A stretch of DNA of 64,000 bases from Chrysomallon squamiferum (taxonomy: Eukaryota > Animalia > Mollusca), in assembly GCA_012295275.1 (NCBI GenBank), contig CM022671.1, positions 35,588,001 to 35,652,000 on the forward strand, written 5' to 3'. The stretch's first letter is position 1. Every line of letters starts with the position of its first letter. This document shows, one piece after another, positions 42,801 through 58,576 of the stretch. Made by a program: the position numbers and the translations under genes. The notes beneath the pieces were generated by a model. That model was not told the DNA's origin. It made no database searches and saw nothing but the letters and a program-made list of their open reading frames with translations.

Positions 42801-44640
42801 GTAATAATAATAATAATAATGATGATGATGATAATGTTATACAATAATAAAATTAACAATAACGATTATAATAAATACAATGATGATGATGATATTAATA
42901 ATAATAACAATTATAATAATAATATTAATAATAATGATGATGATGATGATGATGATAATGACAATAATAATAATAGATGAACAAGTGGGAAAAAATTAAA
43001 AACAAAAGAAGAAATGAGTAAGAAATCTTTATAAAATTAATTTAGATGCATTAACAAATGAGGCTATAACAACACAGCATCAGTGAATCTGTGACACTTC
43101 ACAACTACTCGTGTCTGTAAATAAAAACTGTGGTAAGCTTTACCTTCCAGCATGTGACATTTCTGTTCCAGTGTTAACAGTCTCTGGCGATCTCGTTCCC
43201 ATGACAACAACTGTTGCTGGTGGGCTGTCACCATGTTGGTCAACTCCTGGTCTCGATCCTGAAGCTCAGCAATGAGATGTCTGATCTCAGTTCTCTGTTT
43301 TTCTATCGTATTTTGTAACAAACTCGAACTCTTAGCTCCTGCTTCCTGAAAAAAAAACCCGTTAACACATTTATTTAAAATTAGTGACCGACTCATAAAA
43401 TATTTCAAAATAAATTTTGATTATTTTTCAGAACTGTTTTCTTGTTTTATCTTGACAAACATTTGCAGTAGCAGAAATAAATGGTTTAAATGCATCCAAT
43501 CAAAATTTCAAAAACCGACAGTTTAAGATTGACTAGGTAAAAGAGCTTAAACTTTACATCAATCATGTTTTTTTTGTTTTCTGTTTCTTTTTGAATTTTT
43601 CTTTTTTTGAATTTTTTTTACATTTTTATGCTTGAAAATGACGTTATGAAAAATGAGATGTAGCACTTAACAAAAATGTTTAATTTATTATTTTTATATC
43701 ATATTTTAATAACAGCAACCTATGATGTTATGACATACACACAAACACACACACACACACACACACAAAAGTAAATGTAAATAAGCTATAAAATAATTAA
43801 CAAACAAATGAAGAAAGATTAAAATTATATATTTTTGATGTTTTTTTCAAAACAGAACTTACACCTGCTTTCGTCTGTGAAAGAGGCCTGACTGTCCCTT
43901 CATTTAACAGCAGAGAATGATCACCAGAGGGCAGAGTTCTGACTGTCAAGGGAGACCACTGGGTTCTGTGGTCATTTGAAAGCCTGGTTTCATGTTTTGG
44001 ATTGGCCTGAATTGGAGAACTGAATACACGTCTTGGCCCATATCCCTGAAAAAATAAAAATAAATAAAAAAATAAAAAAAAGTTTAAAAATTTTCTTAAA
44101 ACAGAATAGTGATGCACATTGAAGTCAAAATAAAAACTTTTAGATGTATTTTTTTATATTTTCATTGACCCTGATATATTTAACAGAAATTTGTACAACT
44201 ACAAACTATATTTTATGTTTGCTACATTTGTCAGTAGACTATATGAAGAAAAAAAGTATATATAATTGAAGAACTGAAAGTTAGTTAAAAGGGAGTTAAT
44301 AGTCTGTGTAAATTAACTGATAAATACCTTTATAGGTGTGCTGTGCTGAGGTCCATCTGAAGGACAGAAATTTCCAGTAACTGGACAGATTTCTGAAATA
44401 CGTAATTTGTAAGAATTTAAATACAATAAATTTGAGAATAATGTATGAGTACAGTTTTGTTGACATTAACTGCCATGATGCATATTTATAATGAGAAAGA
44501 AAAATAATATCATTTATTATTATTATGATTATTTTTTCATTATTTGATCAAATATTAACATGTATTTAATGTAAGTGTTCTTGCTAAATGCTAATTTGAT
44601 AAAATATTATTTATATGTTACCTGATTCATCACCAAACAT
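36085..44640 (-). CDS. CCDC62: Coiled-coil domain-containing protein 62-like (apparent frameshift at about 38410-38454; last exon uncertain)
   Basis: Exons 44640-44622, 44392-44328, 44045-43863, 43345-43144, 42718-42558, 41982-41881, 41346-41175, 41011-40874, 40594-40536, 40092-39912, 39678-39577, 39215-39127, 38929-38829, 38575-38100, 36967-36857, 36249-36085. Motifs TIEKQRTEIRHLIAELQDRDQELTNMVTAHQQQLLSWERDRQ, GQVGQLEAREQEL..LLRLK, ERERWKDQL...KAKQER and SPASKLQRLLTES..LI.SLEL match CCDC62 as I recall it. Confidence 0.85.
36657..36847. repeat. Tandem duplication of about 100 bp (2 copies) next to a CCDC62 donor
   Basis: CTATTAAAGA..TGGTTTATTTTAACTCTACATGTAAAGTTTGTTAA occurs twice, ending at about 36747 and 36847. 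Confidence 0.85.
37321..38099. repeat. Minisatellite with a unit of about 30 bp (about 26 copies) adjoining a CCDC62 5' splice site
   Basis: Unit TTCACACACAACTCATGTTACATTTAAATTA; variant copies lack one CA; copies are nearly identical. Confidence 0.97.
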
Positions 44641-44683
44641 TGTCTGCTCTATAAGGAATCACTTTACATCTTCTGTTACAAAA

Positions 44684-44734
<51 letters not shown>

Positions 44735-45770
44735 TTTACAAATATTTGATGTTATTATATCGTATGTACAGAAATTTGATTTTGATTTGTTGATTTTTTA
44801 TTATTATTTTTTATTATTATTATTATATAACATAAGATCAAGAAATGAATATTATTGGCATTATTTATTTTAAAAATTAACAGAGATTTGTATTATATGC
44901 GAATTATGTATTTCATAGAATATCTGCAAAGCTGAAAGAAAATAATGGGGCGTATCTTAAAAATTTATCAAAGTGATCGAAAAATAAAACTAGCGAAAAC
45001 ACATTAAGCTTTCATAGAAACAAAATTTCAGAAAGTAATTTTTCTAAAATATGTTCAAGTATTTCTATTTGAATAAAATAAATGACCTTATGCAAGATAT
45101 TAGGAAACAAATGAGGTACTTGTCACTAATTTATAATGAAACAGTTTCAAGATGTAACACATTTTCTGCCTTCCATACAAGATCAATCACGTTCGAAATC
45201 ATCCAACGTTTAGCAAAACGTAAACATCCGGTCTTCCGAATCTGAATTTCCACCTTACATTTTAGCATGATTAACGATCAAATTTATTATTCGTTCGTAT
45301 TTATTCAACTATAGTACACACGCACGCAGATAAGCACACACATCTAGATATGCTGCATATACAAAATAAATAAAGAAAAGGATAAATAATTACAAAATAG
45401 ATAAATAAAATTAAAAGGTTGAATAATGTTTGATAACTTATTAAATACTTTTGATTAAAAAAATACAGATAAAAAAATATTCTGCAAATAAACTTTGAAA
45501 TTAAATAAATAAAAAAAAACTAAATGATATTAAAATTTACATTCGCACGTATATTGACTCATGTAAATCACTACAATCACAAGAACAACTACAATTAAAA
45601 TAACAACAATTGTAATCATAATCACAACAACAACAACAACATTTCTTTGGTGTTTACTTATGTCTTTATTTGTTTGATTTCTGTAAATAAACAAAAAGTT
45701 ACTAAATTGATTAAACTTTTCTTATAATTACAATCAGGAAATCTCTGTTATCTTAACTTTTCAACTTATT

Positions 45771-45832
<62 letters not shown>

Positions 45833-48276
45833 TTAATCCATTTGGTTATTTCCACCATTGTATATAACATATATAAAATATAATACGGTTTTAGAAGCGT
45901 GTATAGGAATTTAAATATACTTGTATTTTAAGACGATAATTTGTATGCGTTTTTCGTCTACAGCGCATATGTGTCTTTCAAGTGCCAAAACCGGTTATAC
46001 TGCATTACAAAATGTTAATCATTTTTTAATTCTGTATGATTCTGTTTAACTTTTCGTGTAAACAGATCCCTTCTTTCTTCTTCTTCGTCTTCATATTTAC
46101 TATTTATTCTTATTTATTTTAACTGTTAATATTTTTCTAATTTCTTAAACTCTTTTTTATTACTTACTATACATATACAAAATTAGCTACTGCGGTAGCT
46201 TCTGAATCTCTCGTAAACAGTAAGGAGTGATCTCCGTATATTAAGAATGTTTCTAATCCATTTAATTATATGCATGAATGGCTGTCAGATTTACGTATAA
46301 TAATGTCTGGATGAAACTTCTGTCTAATATCTGGTTGCCTGGAATCAAGCTGCAGAATTCACGTCTGTGAATTCCAATACCATATTAATTTTTTTGTTAT
46401 AAATTTCATTTTGATAATTATTTAAGTCTAATGTGGTTTAAGTGTTGGAAAATTCGATCATACTTCTATTAGAAAAGAAAAAAGCATATTAATTCATATT
46501 TCACTGCCTTTCATAGATCTGAAAGTAGGTTGAACAAATATTTGAAACCTGGTTGCGTGGATTCTGGTTCAGTCACGTGTGTGTAGCGCGCACATCCGAG
46601 GAGTGTGTGCTGTGCAGTGAAAACAGAGTTAGTGTGTTAGTTTGTTAGTGAAAAATGACATCATGATGTCTTACACCTCCCCAGTGAGATGTTAGTAAAA
46701 GTGAAGAAACAGATTTGATCCTAGAATCTACCAGTTTTAAACTGAAATCTTAACCATGAGGCCGGAGCTGTTTTTTTGGTAAGATTCATCTAATATACAA
46801 CGAGCGTTATTAAAAGTGAAAAGGTTATGCACGCTGTATAAAACCTGAAAATGACCTTTTGTTTTAGCCAATGAGATGTCGCTTCCGTATGCAGTCAACC
46901 GTGAACGCCATTTCTCAAGCATGTCACCTCAAGAAAACCAGCGAAGCGAAACAACACCTTATCTGTTGTGTCTGTCTATATGAAGTAATTTAATGTGGCA
47001 CAAATGAAACCAAACTCTTGGGATTAACGAGAGAAATTGTGTTAAAACAGTTTAAAGTCCCGTCAAAACCTGCTCCAACCAACTGTTCCGATAACAATGT
47101 AAGTATTTTGTTTTACTAATCATCGAAATGTTTATAATTATGTCAGGACATGGTGTGGTTCAGCATAAGAGACTTGTGGAAAAATTTGTTCGTGTTTTTA
47201 AAAAAATATAACGAAGAAAAATGAGAGCATCAAGGTAAAAGTAGGAGGAACGCGAATAATACAAGTAATAATATAATAACTGATATTAGCTGATATTAAA
47301 AAATAAAATAAAATAAAATAAAATAAATAGAAATTATAAAAAAATATGTATATTAACATAAAATATCTTGAAACAGATGCTGTTGCAGTTTATAGATATC
47401 TCTTATATCAGTTATTAGTTTTAATTGTTTGTGATATTCATAATTTAAAAAAAAATAAAAATAAAAATATAAAAAAATAATTAAATAGATAAAAAATATA
47501 AAAAATAAATAAATAAAAAAGAAGAAGAAGAAAAAATTAATAAATAATATTTGGTTAACAGTACCTCACCCATCTTACATAACAATGGTTATCTGATCTC
47601 AGATTTTTTGTAGGACAGAGTTGATTATGAGAAAGTAGATAGCATTCTGTTAGCAATAACGAATCTTTTTAACATGCTACACGACAATCTTAATACATAA
47701 CAGTGCGCAGTAAAATAAATGAATAAATTACTTTTTTTTTTTTTTTTAATGTTTTAAACGGTCACATTTGTATTGTTTTTAGAATAATTTGATCTGTATT
47801 TAACTTAACACAAAGACACATTCACTGAATCAGATGATCAGGTCTGTTTCAGCCGTGGGGCTGCAAACCGGAAGTGTAGGATTATGATTGCAGTCTTAGT
47901 CATAAGATTAACTGATTAATAAGTTTAATAACTCCATTAACTCTTAATTACAACTTTACTTAAACATTTTATTACACCTGAATCAAATCATATCAGTATT
48001 TCACTCGTTTGAGTGTGCCATTAAATCAATTTTAAAAAAAAAGAAGAAGAAGAAAAAAAACTCGTATGTTTCGAAAATATTAGATCGTTAAATAAACTGT
48101 TTTCCCAAGTCGACTGAAATGATTATATTTATGGATATACTTTGAAATAGAACTTGAAACAATTTTGCATTTAATTTACTTACAAATTTTTTAATATTTA
48201 ATATTAACAGTGACAATAAACAAATACAAATACATAAACAATAGCAGATACGCAAGTAAATAAATAGAAAGATAAA

Positions 48277-48338
<62 letters not shown>

Positions 48339-48646
48339 TAAATTAATAAATAAATGAATACATAATGATAATGATAATGATAATAAATGAATGTATAAAT
48401 ACATTTTGTCGATCGAGAAGTATTCACGAAAACAGAATAAAATAGATTAATGTTATTGGAAGTCACCTTATGCCATTCGTTCACCAAATTATTCTATTTT
48501 AGTCTCCATTCTAAAAATAACATTTTGTTTATAGGAACCTTGCTAAATGCTGAAATATCAGCTGCAAACAAAGAGACAGGAAACACGTTTTTGACAGAAC
48601 TATATGTCATCACTAGTGTCTTTAATATATCTTACTGTGTTAATGT

Positions 48647-48953
48647 ATTATTAATGTTTTCATTAATTCCGAATTATATCTTTCTCAGAATATATCTAAC
48701 TGTCTAGTTGATTATTAATGTTTTCATTAATTCCGAATTTTATCTTTCTCAGAATATATCTAACTGTCTAGTTGATTATTAATGTTTTCATTAATTCCGA
48801 ATTATATCTTTCCTCAGAATATATCTAACTGTGTTGATGTATTATTAATGTTTTCATTAATTCCGAATTTTATCTTTCTCAGAATAAATCTAACTGTCTA
48901 GTTGATTATTAGTATTTTCATTAATTCCGATCAGTATCTTTCTCAGACTATAT
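48647..48953. repeat. 64-bp tandem repeat (about 4.7 copies)
   Basis: Unit ATTATTAATGTTTTCATTAATTCCGAATTATATCTTTCTCAGAATATATCTAACTGTCTAGTTG starting at 48647, 48711, 48775, 48841 and 48905. Confidence 0.93.
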
Positions 48954-49024
48954 ACTGGAGAGCTTTTTTTTTTTTTTAAATTAACAACTAATGAAGTGTT
49001 TCAAATTAGTTTTCAAATTATATC

Positions 49025-49129
<105 letters not shown>

Positions 49130-49135
49130 TGTTAG

Positions 49136-49166
<31 letters not shown>

Positions 49167-52100
49167 TGATATATCTATATTATTTTTCTGTATTGGGTTT
49201 TTCCTTTAGGTAATTTAATGGTGTTTACTTTTTAAATTACAAATGTATTAATGTTGAAAGAAAATAATTTTTTTGAATTTTTTAAAATTAACTTTTAAAA
49301 TATTTTTGTAATTCTGATTATGATAAATAGTCGAGAAACTCTGTTACTGTCACTGGTTACAGTCTACTGATTACGGTTTTCATACTGCATATTTAATTTT
49401 TTTTCTTTTTTTTCTGCATATGTAAGTCGTTAAATGGAATATACCCCAGTGCGGAACCGATCCAACAACCAGTCGAGCCTCAGGCGTACAATCTATTATC
49501 CATAGTCAGCCTTAATCATTTATAATGACGAATGTAACATAATTTGACCTTCCACATTTCAAAAATAAATCTTCTGTCACATGTGTAAATTCGCATCATA
49601 ATCTGATTTATTCATCTAATTTGCATATCGCGTGAATGTTAACGACTAAATTTGAAATATCTGCGACTGTTTGTAACGTAATGGTTGATTTATAGCGGCC
49701 ATGTTAACAGAGCAGTGGAGTTTAAATCAGAGACCTACACACACATCTTCTTACACCCGACGGTCGAGAAAGTGAAATGTGACCAGGGGCGTATCGAGGC
49801 GTGGTCTTCGCTTGAAGGGTGGTTTTGTTACATAATAATAAATAAATAAACAAATAAAATGTGAAAAAAGAAGAAGAAAATAATGTAGAATCAACAGTTA
49901 CATAAATATAATTAAAAAAAAATAATGTATGGATACTCAGGCAACACATATAGGCATGTACCATCTTTATAAAGGCAGATCATAAATTCCCTAACATCCC
50001 TTCCTTTTGTTCGCTCTGGCATAATTAGAAAAATGCGTTAGAACAGTGGTAAACGATACAAAGCAAGCTACATTCTTTAACTTGTTAAAGTAATAATGAC
50101 AGATGAATTTGTTTTACATTCATGTACATACCAGTGAACTTAATGTCAACTTGACCAGCTGGATTTGAAACAAACAAAGATTCAGTTTGGGAACTGCCAG
50201 ATTAAATACGTTTTGTAGTAACTGATTTATTGCTTTCGTGCGAATGTGTAAGTTCCATAGAGCGTAGAAAATATATTTTGAATACTTTCATTTCAGTTAT
50301 TATTATTTCTAGTTTTAAAGTGTGGTTCTGGTAATTTGAGATTTGTCTAAATACATTGATCTATGCATTTGTTTGTGAATATATCCCCTCTTTCCTTTTG
50401 TGAAATCTGTCTAAATATATTCTGTCCTAAACATTTGCTTGTAAAAGTGCGCGCAACAAGCTAACAAAAAAAACATGCATATTGTCACAAGCTATTCATT
50501 TATTATATTATTTTATATATTATATCTAGAGTGATCCGTTTTGTAATTTGATGAATTATTGCTTTCATTATTCTTCACACAAACACACACACACACACAC
50601 ACACACATGCACACATCTGCATGTATGTATGTATGTATGTCTGTATGTATATTGTTACATTTACCTGAAATAATGAAAATAGAGAGCTTGAACGTAATTT
50701 TGTACATTTCTAGTTTATTGTCTGATTGGAATATACAAAATATATAATTCATCTGTACGTCATTGCACATACAGATTTACATACATACAGATATTTTTAT
50801 ACATTAATAAAATAGAGTGTGGAATTGCTTCCTAATTTTTAAAATTTTTATTCTATGACTTGTTTGAGAATTTAATGAAGTTTGTACAAGATGAATCAAC
50901 AGTAGCTATAATCTTCATTTATGTGTAGCAGTTTGAAATATACTATTATCTTACAAACATAAATTTTGTTATTTATGTGAAGCCCTGTGCACGATGATGT
51001 ATAGGAAGGAATTTTCAGATTTATGTATCTGAACTTCCAGTGTGACAAATCATGTATGACTCAAACTGCAGTCTGCCGTAGACGTTCTCGCTGCAGACGT
51101 CGTAAATTATTTCATAACTCCTATATAACTCGATGTAATGTTACTATCATCGCCGCTGCAGTAAATCATAAATAATTATTATTCACGAGGACTAGAACCA
51201 TGCTTGTGCGCAAGCGTCTAAGACAACGTCTCATTATGCCTATTGTAGAATTAGTCATACGTTGGTTTTATTGTTTTTTCTTACTTAACAAATTTATTAT
51301 CTCAAATAAGTTTTAATTTATTATCATCATCCTATACAGCAGATTCACATCTAGTCTTCTAAATTTTGTGTTGTTGGCGATACGTATGTACATAAGTATG
51401 TATGCATGTTTGTATGCATGTTCGTATGCATGTATGTATGTATGTATGTATGTATGTATGTATGTATGTATGTATGTGTGTATGTATGCATGCAGTTCAG
51501 TTTGTATTGTTTTCATAATAATTTATCGAATTTAGATATAATAATTATTTTAGAACTATTCTGACATGAATACTTTTTCAGTACATGAAGACTTGGCCAG
51601 TAAGTAACACTTGTTCTCATTTAACGTCATCAACAACTTCGACGTCCTCTCCGACCTCTGTCAGTCACATTACACGACAACTCAGAGTTCATGCTCTGAT
51701 AAACAATGGCTGCCTTAGAAGACTGTGTAATAAACGGTGAAATGAGCCGACAGTAAACGTCATGTCGTAGATTTTATGACGGTTCCTCGCTGGTCTCTCT
51801 GACTTAGTTCTGAGAGCATGTAACACCCACTGAATACACAAGACGTTGCGTGGGTTGTTATCAACGTCTTGGCACAGACCAACGATGACGTCTCGCCACC
51901 ACAGACTATCAAGTCGAATCTCTCACCTGTTACATGTTCACAACGAGAATCAGAGACGTTTATGTCACCTGAACAGTCAAATTCAGACATTAACGTTGTT
52001 ATTACTGTATTTTAGCCTCGAGTCCGAGGTTATTCAGAATCCACAGTCACACGCGCGCACACACACACACAAACACATACTCGCACGTACACACGTAACT

Positions 52101-54059
52101 TAATACACATTTTAAACAGATGAACATACTCTAAGACAGAGAGAGAAAAAAAAGACAAACACTTTTGGGATATATGAAACGCACAAATAAAATATAAATA
52201 GGCTAAAAAAAAAATCATGTATTTAAATAATGTAGTGTTTGTAGTGACTGATGATTGGGTAAATGTCGTATTGCTTCACACTGTTACTTAAAGTAACTTT
52301 GTTACGTCTAGACATGCAGGATTACAGGATTACTCCTGGGTGACCCTGTTACCTATAGAAGATACATTTCCTCCGCATCATCCTTGCTGTTTCTTATCTC
52401 CTTGTAATCTGGTCAATGTATTTGGTCAATGTTTTGGGTCTCGTTACTTCTGATCAACCCATTGTTTTCGGTCACTTTTTACTTGTAGTCATTATTTTCG
52501 TTATATAATTATTTCTTGTTATTGTTTTATGTGTATAATTGTTTGGAACCTCTTTATTTTACATACAGTGTGAATAAAAATATTTTATGTTACTGTTACA
52601 CAACCTTAGTGCTCTAGGTCAAGACATTTCAGCTTAGTAACAAACTGTCTGGAAGACCAGGCAGGTCAGTCCTAAAACCTTCTTACTCAGAAATTCTGGA
52701 AACGCAATTAACGATATAATTTATGATATACGTCAAATAAATCCTTATTCGAGGCAGAGTTTAATCCTGTAGACAAAAATTAGGATACGTATTTGCAGAC
52801 GGTCACTCTTCCACGCTGTAACTAACGCTCTTTATTTTGACTTCCGGAATGGCCGACACGGGTCATATTTGTCATTTTTGAATTTTGATGACTTGATTTG
52901 CCACGGGTCAGAGTGTAACAGATATGTCAGATATGCAGGTAAAAGTCTAAATCAGCGAGTTAACTAGTACAGAATTTGAAACATTATAATTAAATATATT
53001 TTTTTATAATGTGGATTTCATTAAATGATTGTAAATATTACAGTAGGATTAATCTCAAATAACATTCTGATTATTGACTGAAGAATTTTAAAAATATATT
53101 TAAAAACATTTAAAAACAAAACAATAAAATAAAATAAAATAGATAGATAGATAGATAAATACAAAATAATAATAATAAATAATAATAAAAATAACAATAG
53201 AAAATTACTGATAGAAAGAAAAAAGTTAGTTTAGATTTTACGTTTATTTAACTTCAACTGTTTCTAGACTAGAAAATTATGCATCAAGATTATGTATTTT
53301 TACTGCACAAGATGATTAACACGAACATCTTGTCTTACGAGTTCAGCTACGCTGCTTTTTTTATAATGTTAAAATTACGAGCTTAAAAACCCCCACAAAA
53401 AAACATAATGTTAGACACAGTAAACAAAATAAATGACATTACGTATACAAGTAACTTTTGAATAGAAAACTGAATGTCGTGAAAGTTGTATAAAAGCATT
53501 AATAAATGAAATATTTACGACTGTAATGTTGAAGTAACATAAAAATATACCGTTTGTGAAAAAGTTATGCACTCTTTGATTTTGTTTAAACAAACGACTG
53601 GGGAAAATGGCAAGGTCTCTTATCTCACTTTTTATTTCCTTTTTATTATTAAACCTTTCTTTTTAATACCTGTTATTTTCAGTTTTCTTTTACCTTAACT
53701 GTTTGGAATTAAAAGAAAGCACTTGTGTTCTGTATTGTTCATGATTTGTTTTGTGTTGCTTTTTTCCACTCTGTTTTATTGTTTATATTTTAAATTCTTT
53801 TCTACTTTATTTTTATTTTTATTTTATTTTATTTTTTTTTTTTTTATTTCTTTATTTATTGTTGTTCTCTTTATTGATATTATCGTTAACTTTATATGCA
53901 TTTTATTTTTCACATAATTGAAAAAATTATATCAAAAATATATTTTTAAAGTTTGTTTTGAAACTGACTTTTTCAGGATATACCTACTGCCGCCTTAACG
54001 GGATGATCAGGCATATTCTAAATACCGTGTGTTTCATATGGATTACAGGTAAGTCACAC

Positions 54060-54103
<44 letters not shown>

Positions 54104-54111
54104 CACACACA

Positions 54112-54152
<41 letters not shown>

Positions 54153-54241
54153 CACACCACACACACAAACACACAACAATTCTTATTAGTTTAATTAATA
54201 TTACTGTTTTCATAAACATCATTATCAATATAATTATCATG

Positions 54242-54283
<42 letters not shown>

Positions 54284-56296
54284 GTTATTATTATGATTAT
54301 TATTATTATTAGTGGAAGTAGTAATACTAGAAGTAGTAGTAGTGGTACTATAGTAGTAGTAGTATTAATAGTAGTATAGTTTTATTATTATTAGTTGTAG
54401 TAGAAGCAGTAGTGTAGTATAGTATTATTGTATTAGTATCATTATTTGAATTAGTATTAGTATTAATAGTAGTAGTAGTGGTAGTGGTAGTGGTGGTAGA
54501 AGATGTAGTATAAATAACAGAAACACTTAAAAAGGTGATTCCGCTGATTGTTTGGTACAAGAAGGTCACGGCACAGTCTATCAGTCACCAGTGACAAATT
54601 ACTGAATTTGTTGATCTATTTGTCAACGTAATGAGGTCATTTTAGTCGAAAGAACTTTTCACCATCTTTTGTCACTTTTTAACTGATCATTTCTCATTTT
54701 GCAGATATTTGGAATATTCGTCTAAGTATAAATTGTAAATAGTTGAGAAATTTCGATAATGAAAGGCTTCAGTCAAGGTACATCACTAAACTTAGAAATG
54801 GTAGATATTTGGAGGCAGATCAATACTCATTAGCGTACGTGATAAATTTTTCTCGTTCCAACCAATTTAAAAAAAGAAATTAAAATAAGAAAATAGTGTA
54901 ATAATGAAAGTTAAAATAAAATTAACTAAAATTTTAAAATAGAACTGAACTGAACTTAAAACATGATGAAATGTAATGAATTAAAATAAAAAATTAAAAA
55001 AGTATTTATTTAAAAAAAAAAAAAAAAAAATCAAATTTTTTATTCTCTTATCCTTTAACGGATTTTTATTTCATTTTTTTTTCTCTCTCTACGTTTCCTA
55101 TTTTCTTTCATTCAAAAAGTCGATCCATTTCGTCTGTCATGCATCCAATTTTAAAGCCTTACAAAACTTCGTTAATCAAAATTGTCACCTTTTGTCTTAT
55201 TGCTGCCATCAGGCCTTTGCTGTTGGCTTATTTGCCGGCCATAAAATGGCGTCCGCACACAATAGCCATTCTTACTGTGACATACATCACTTGTCACAGA
55301 AATATTAATAAATCATAGCCCACACCGGCCTATGATACGCCCTGAATAAAAAACACATAACTCATACATTATTAATTACAGAGTTTTTAAGTAAGATACT
55401 GACAAAAATCAAACAGTAATATGTTGATATAATTAGAGCATGGTGATGATTATGATGATGATGATGATGATGATAAAAATAATAAAGATAATAATGATTT
55501 AGCTATACACAGGAATATATGTGACGTTCAAAACTTGTGCTCTTCGATTGATTTGTCAAAATATGTAGAATGAGCGAGCTATTCTGTTTAAGGTTAATGT
55601 GCACAGTGTCAAAAGAATTTCGTTGGTGCTGGCAGAAAAGGAATAACCATCTTCTGACGACATCGGGTTTCTTTTCACTGTGTTTATGATTGTTATGATA
55701 TTTGCAAGATGCCATATAAGCCATCATCATCATCATCATCATCATCATCATGTCCCGCAGAGACTCGGACACCGGGGCGACGTAGCTATTCTGAAGATGT
55801 TGCACCAGCAAGTTCGATCTTCTACTAGTCTAAGCCATAGTCATGTGACTCTTATTACGTTTTATTTATGATTTAGTCTTTAAAAAAAAAAAAAGAAATA
55901 GGAAAACGATTATGGCTGTATTACTTTAATCTTACAGTAACAAAGATAAAAGAAAAAACAAATTTGTAATTTTTCTCGTTGTCACTAGTTAGCAACAACA
56001 TGATAAAGTACGCTCGCTTTTTTTTGTGTGTGCATCGTAACTCATGAATCACTGACGAGGTGGAAATGTCACAGCAGTGCTCTGGATGGCTTTAGGTAAA
56101 AATATTAACATTCTGCAATCAGCAGAGAACCTGTAAAAAAAAAAAACTGCGTATGTCGTTTAAACTTGAATGACTTGTTTTACTAAGACGATTAATGAAA
56201 ACTTTTCCAATAACCTTCAGACCTGCAGTATTTCTCTCTTAAAGCTGCACTCCAGATTACTTTCCAGATTATATCCTCTCTCTCTCAGTTTTATTA

Positions 56297-56387
<91 letters not shown>

Positions 56388-56471
56388 ATATATATATATA
56401 TATATATCACTCTTTCGACATTCCTCCTTTCTCCTCTCTTTCTCTGTAACATAAGCACGAAATAATAATAA

Positions 56472-56506
<35 letters not shown>

Positions 56507-56767
56507 AATCTCTCTCTAATAATAATAATAATAAAGTTACGTGTTATATACAGATTGGACATGCTGAAAATAATTACTATTTTACTTAACTTTTCTTTTT
56601 CTCTTTTTTTTTATTTTTTTTTATTTTTAATTCATAGAAAGGAAGTGCCTAACAAAAATGACATTTGTATTAAAAATAAAGATTTCTCTCCGCAGATTGT
56701 CATATTTTTGATGTGTTGGTTTTGTTTTATTGTCGTTTTGTGACAAACAGTTTGCAGTGTTTTTACT

Positions 56768-57053
56768 ATGGTGAATAAACGCCAGAACGAATACTTTGGT
56801 ATTTACTTATATTTCCTCGTAGCCGCAGGTTACGCTGTTTTAACTAGGTTTTACGTAACAGCGGAGAAAACAACAACAACAATGACATGAAAAAAAACCC
56901 AACAGAAGACATATCAATTTATGTGTTTATTATTGTACCTTGTTTACAAAAAACATTTTTAATATTTAATATAATTTTTAAATATCTAAAAAAAAAAAAA
57001 TAACAAGAAATAAAAACCCAATATCAAAGTAGTAGTAATAATAATAATAATAA

Positions 57054-57097
<44 letters not shown>

Positions 57098-58544
57098 GTA
57101 TATACAACGACAGTAAGGACAATAAAGACGAAAACAGCAATAACATTGACGACAACGACAATGAACACAAAAACAATAACTTATGAACATATAACCACGA
57201 TACTTTTGTCTACAGTGATGTTAATATTTTGAAAAATGAATGAACACTTTACAATTTGTTTCAAGGTATAAAAAATAATAAAATAATAAAAACAAAATAA
57301 GCAATAAAAACAAACAAACAAACAAACAAAATTAGATTGTACATGTATTATAATTCTCTTCTCATGACACCACAGACCATAGTCTTTGATAAATCAGTCG
57401 TAGGAATCTGGTTGGAACGGGAAATACTCAGTTAAGCTTACTCATTGGTATTGATCAAATTTCTAACCACTAAACTGTATAGCTTGTTTTACTTCTTTAC
57501 ATTAGTAAATATATTTTCTTTGTGTACTTCTTTGTGGATATTTTATCGTTTCACTAATATTATATTTTCACTCTGTTATTCAGTTGGCTTGGTGTTGGCT
57601 CAGCAACGAAATGAATTTCGTACACGTAAGCAAAACATCACAGCGGAAGAGGCGAGGGTGGAGCAGGTAGTCATGTCTGTTATGAAGCAGTACGTGATAT
57701 GTCCTCCCCAGTGGACGCCAGGGGTGGTTCCAGGGAGGGGTAATGTCTGCCTGAGACTTGAGACATCGAGAAGAGAATCTTGGGAAGACGCCCAAGAAGT
57801 CTGCAGACAGGACAGAGGATTTCTTGTAAACCTCCTGTCAGATTTTCGTGTAGGACCTTTTACCGTGAACAAGCGTATGAAAGATTTAGGTACGTTAAAA
57901 TACTGTCTTTAATCTATCTTTATGTACGTACGTATGTATGTATGCATGTATGTATGTATGTATGTGTTTATGTATGTATGTATGTTTAATCCATGTGTCT
58001 GTATGTCTTCATTTTCGACGATATGCTTATGTAGTTAGTAAATAGTTGTAATAAATATATTCCACTTCTAAACTATGCAACAACATACTGAATTAATAAT
58101 AGTAATAACAACAACAACAACAACAGCAACAACAACATCATTGCTGCTGTGTATACTTACTTATATATAACTGTGTGTACTTGTTTTCTAGGTGTTCGCA
58201 CATTCTGGACAGGAATGCATGTAGCTGATTCTAAGTTAGTTTGGGATGAAAGACGTCCTTCAGTTGTGCAGACGACAGCTCGGTATAATATTTAGTTTTA
58301 ATCTAAAGTTAAGAAAACAGATCAGAAGCAGAAATCACAGTTGATTTTTACGGTTCTAAAGTGTCGAACCTGAATTATTTTTTATCAACGGTTTGTGGTG
58401 TCGTGGATTATTGAAGCTTAAGTAGTCTTGTCAAACAAACGCGAGAAATGACGCATTCCTTCTATGGGAGATGCGTATACAACAACAACAACCACAACAG
58501 CAGCAACAACAACCACAACACAACAAAAAACAAAATAAATAAAT

Positions 58545-58576
<32 letters not shown>

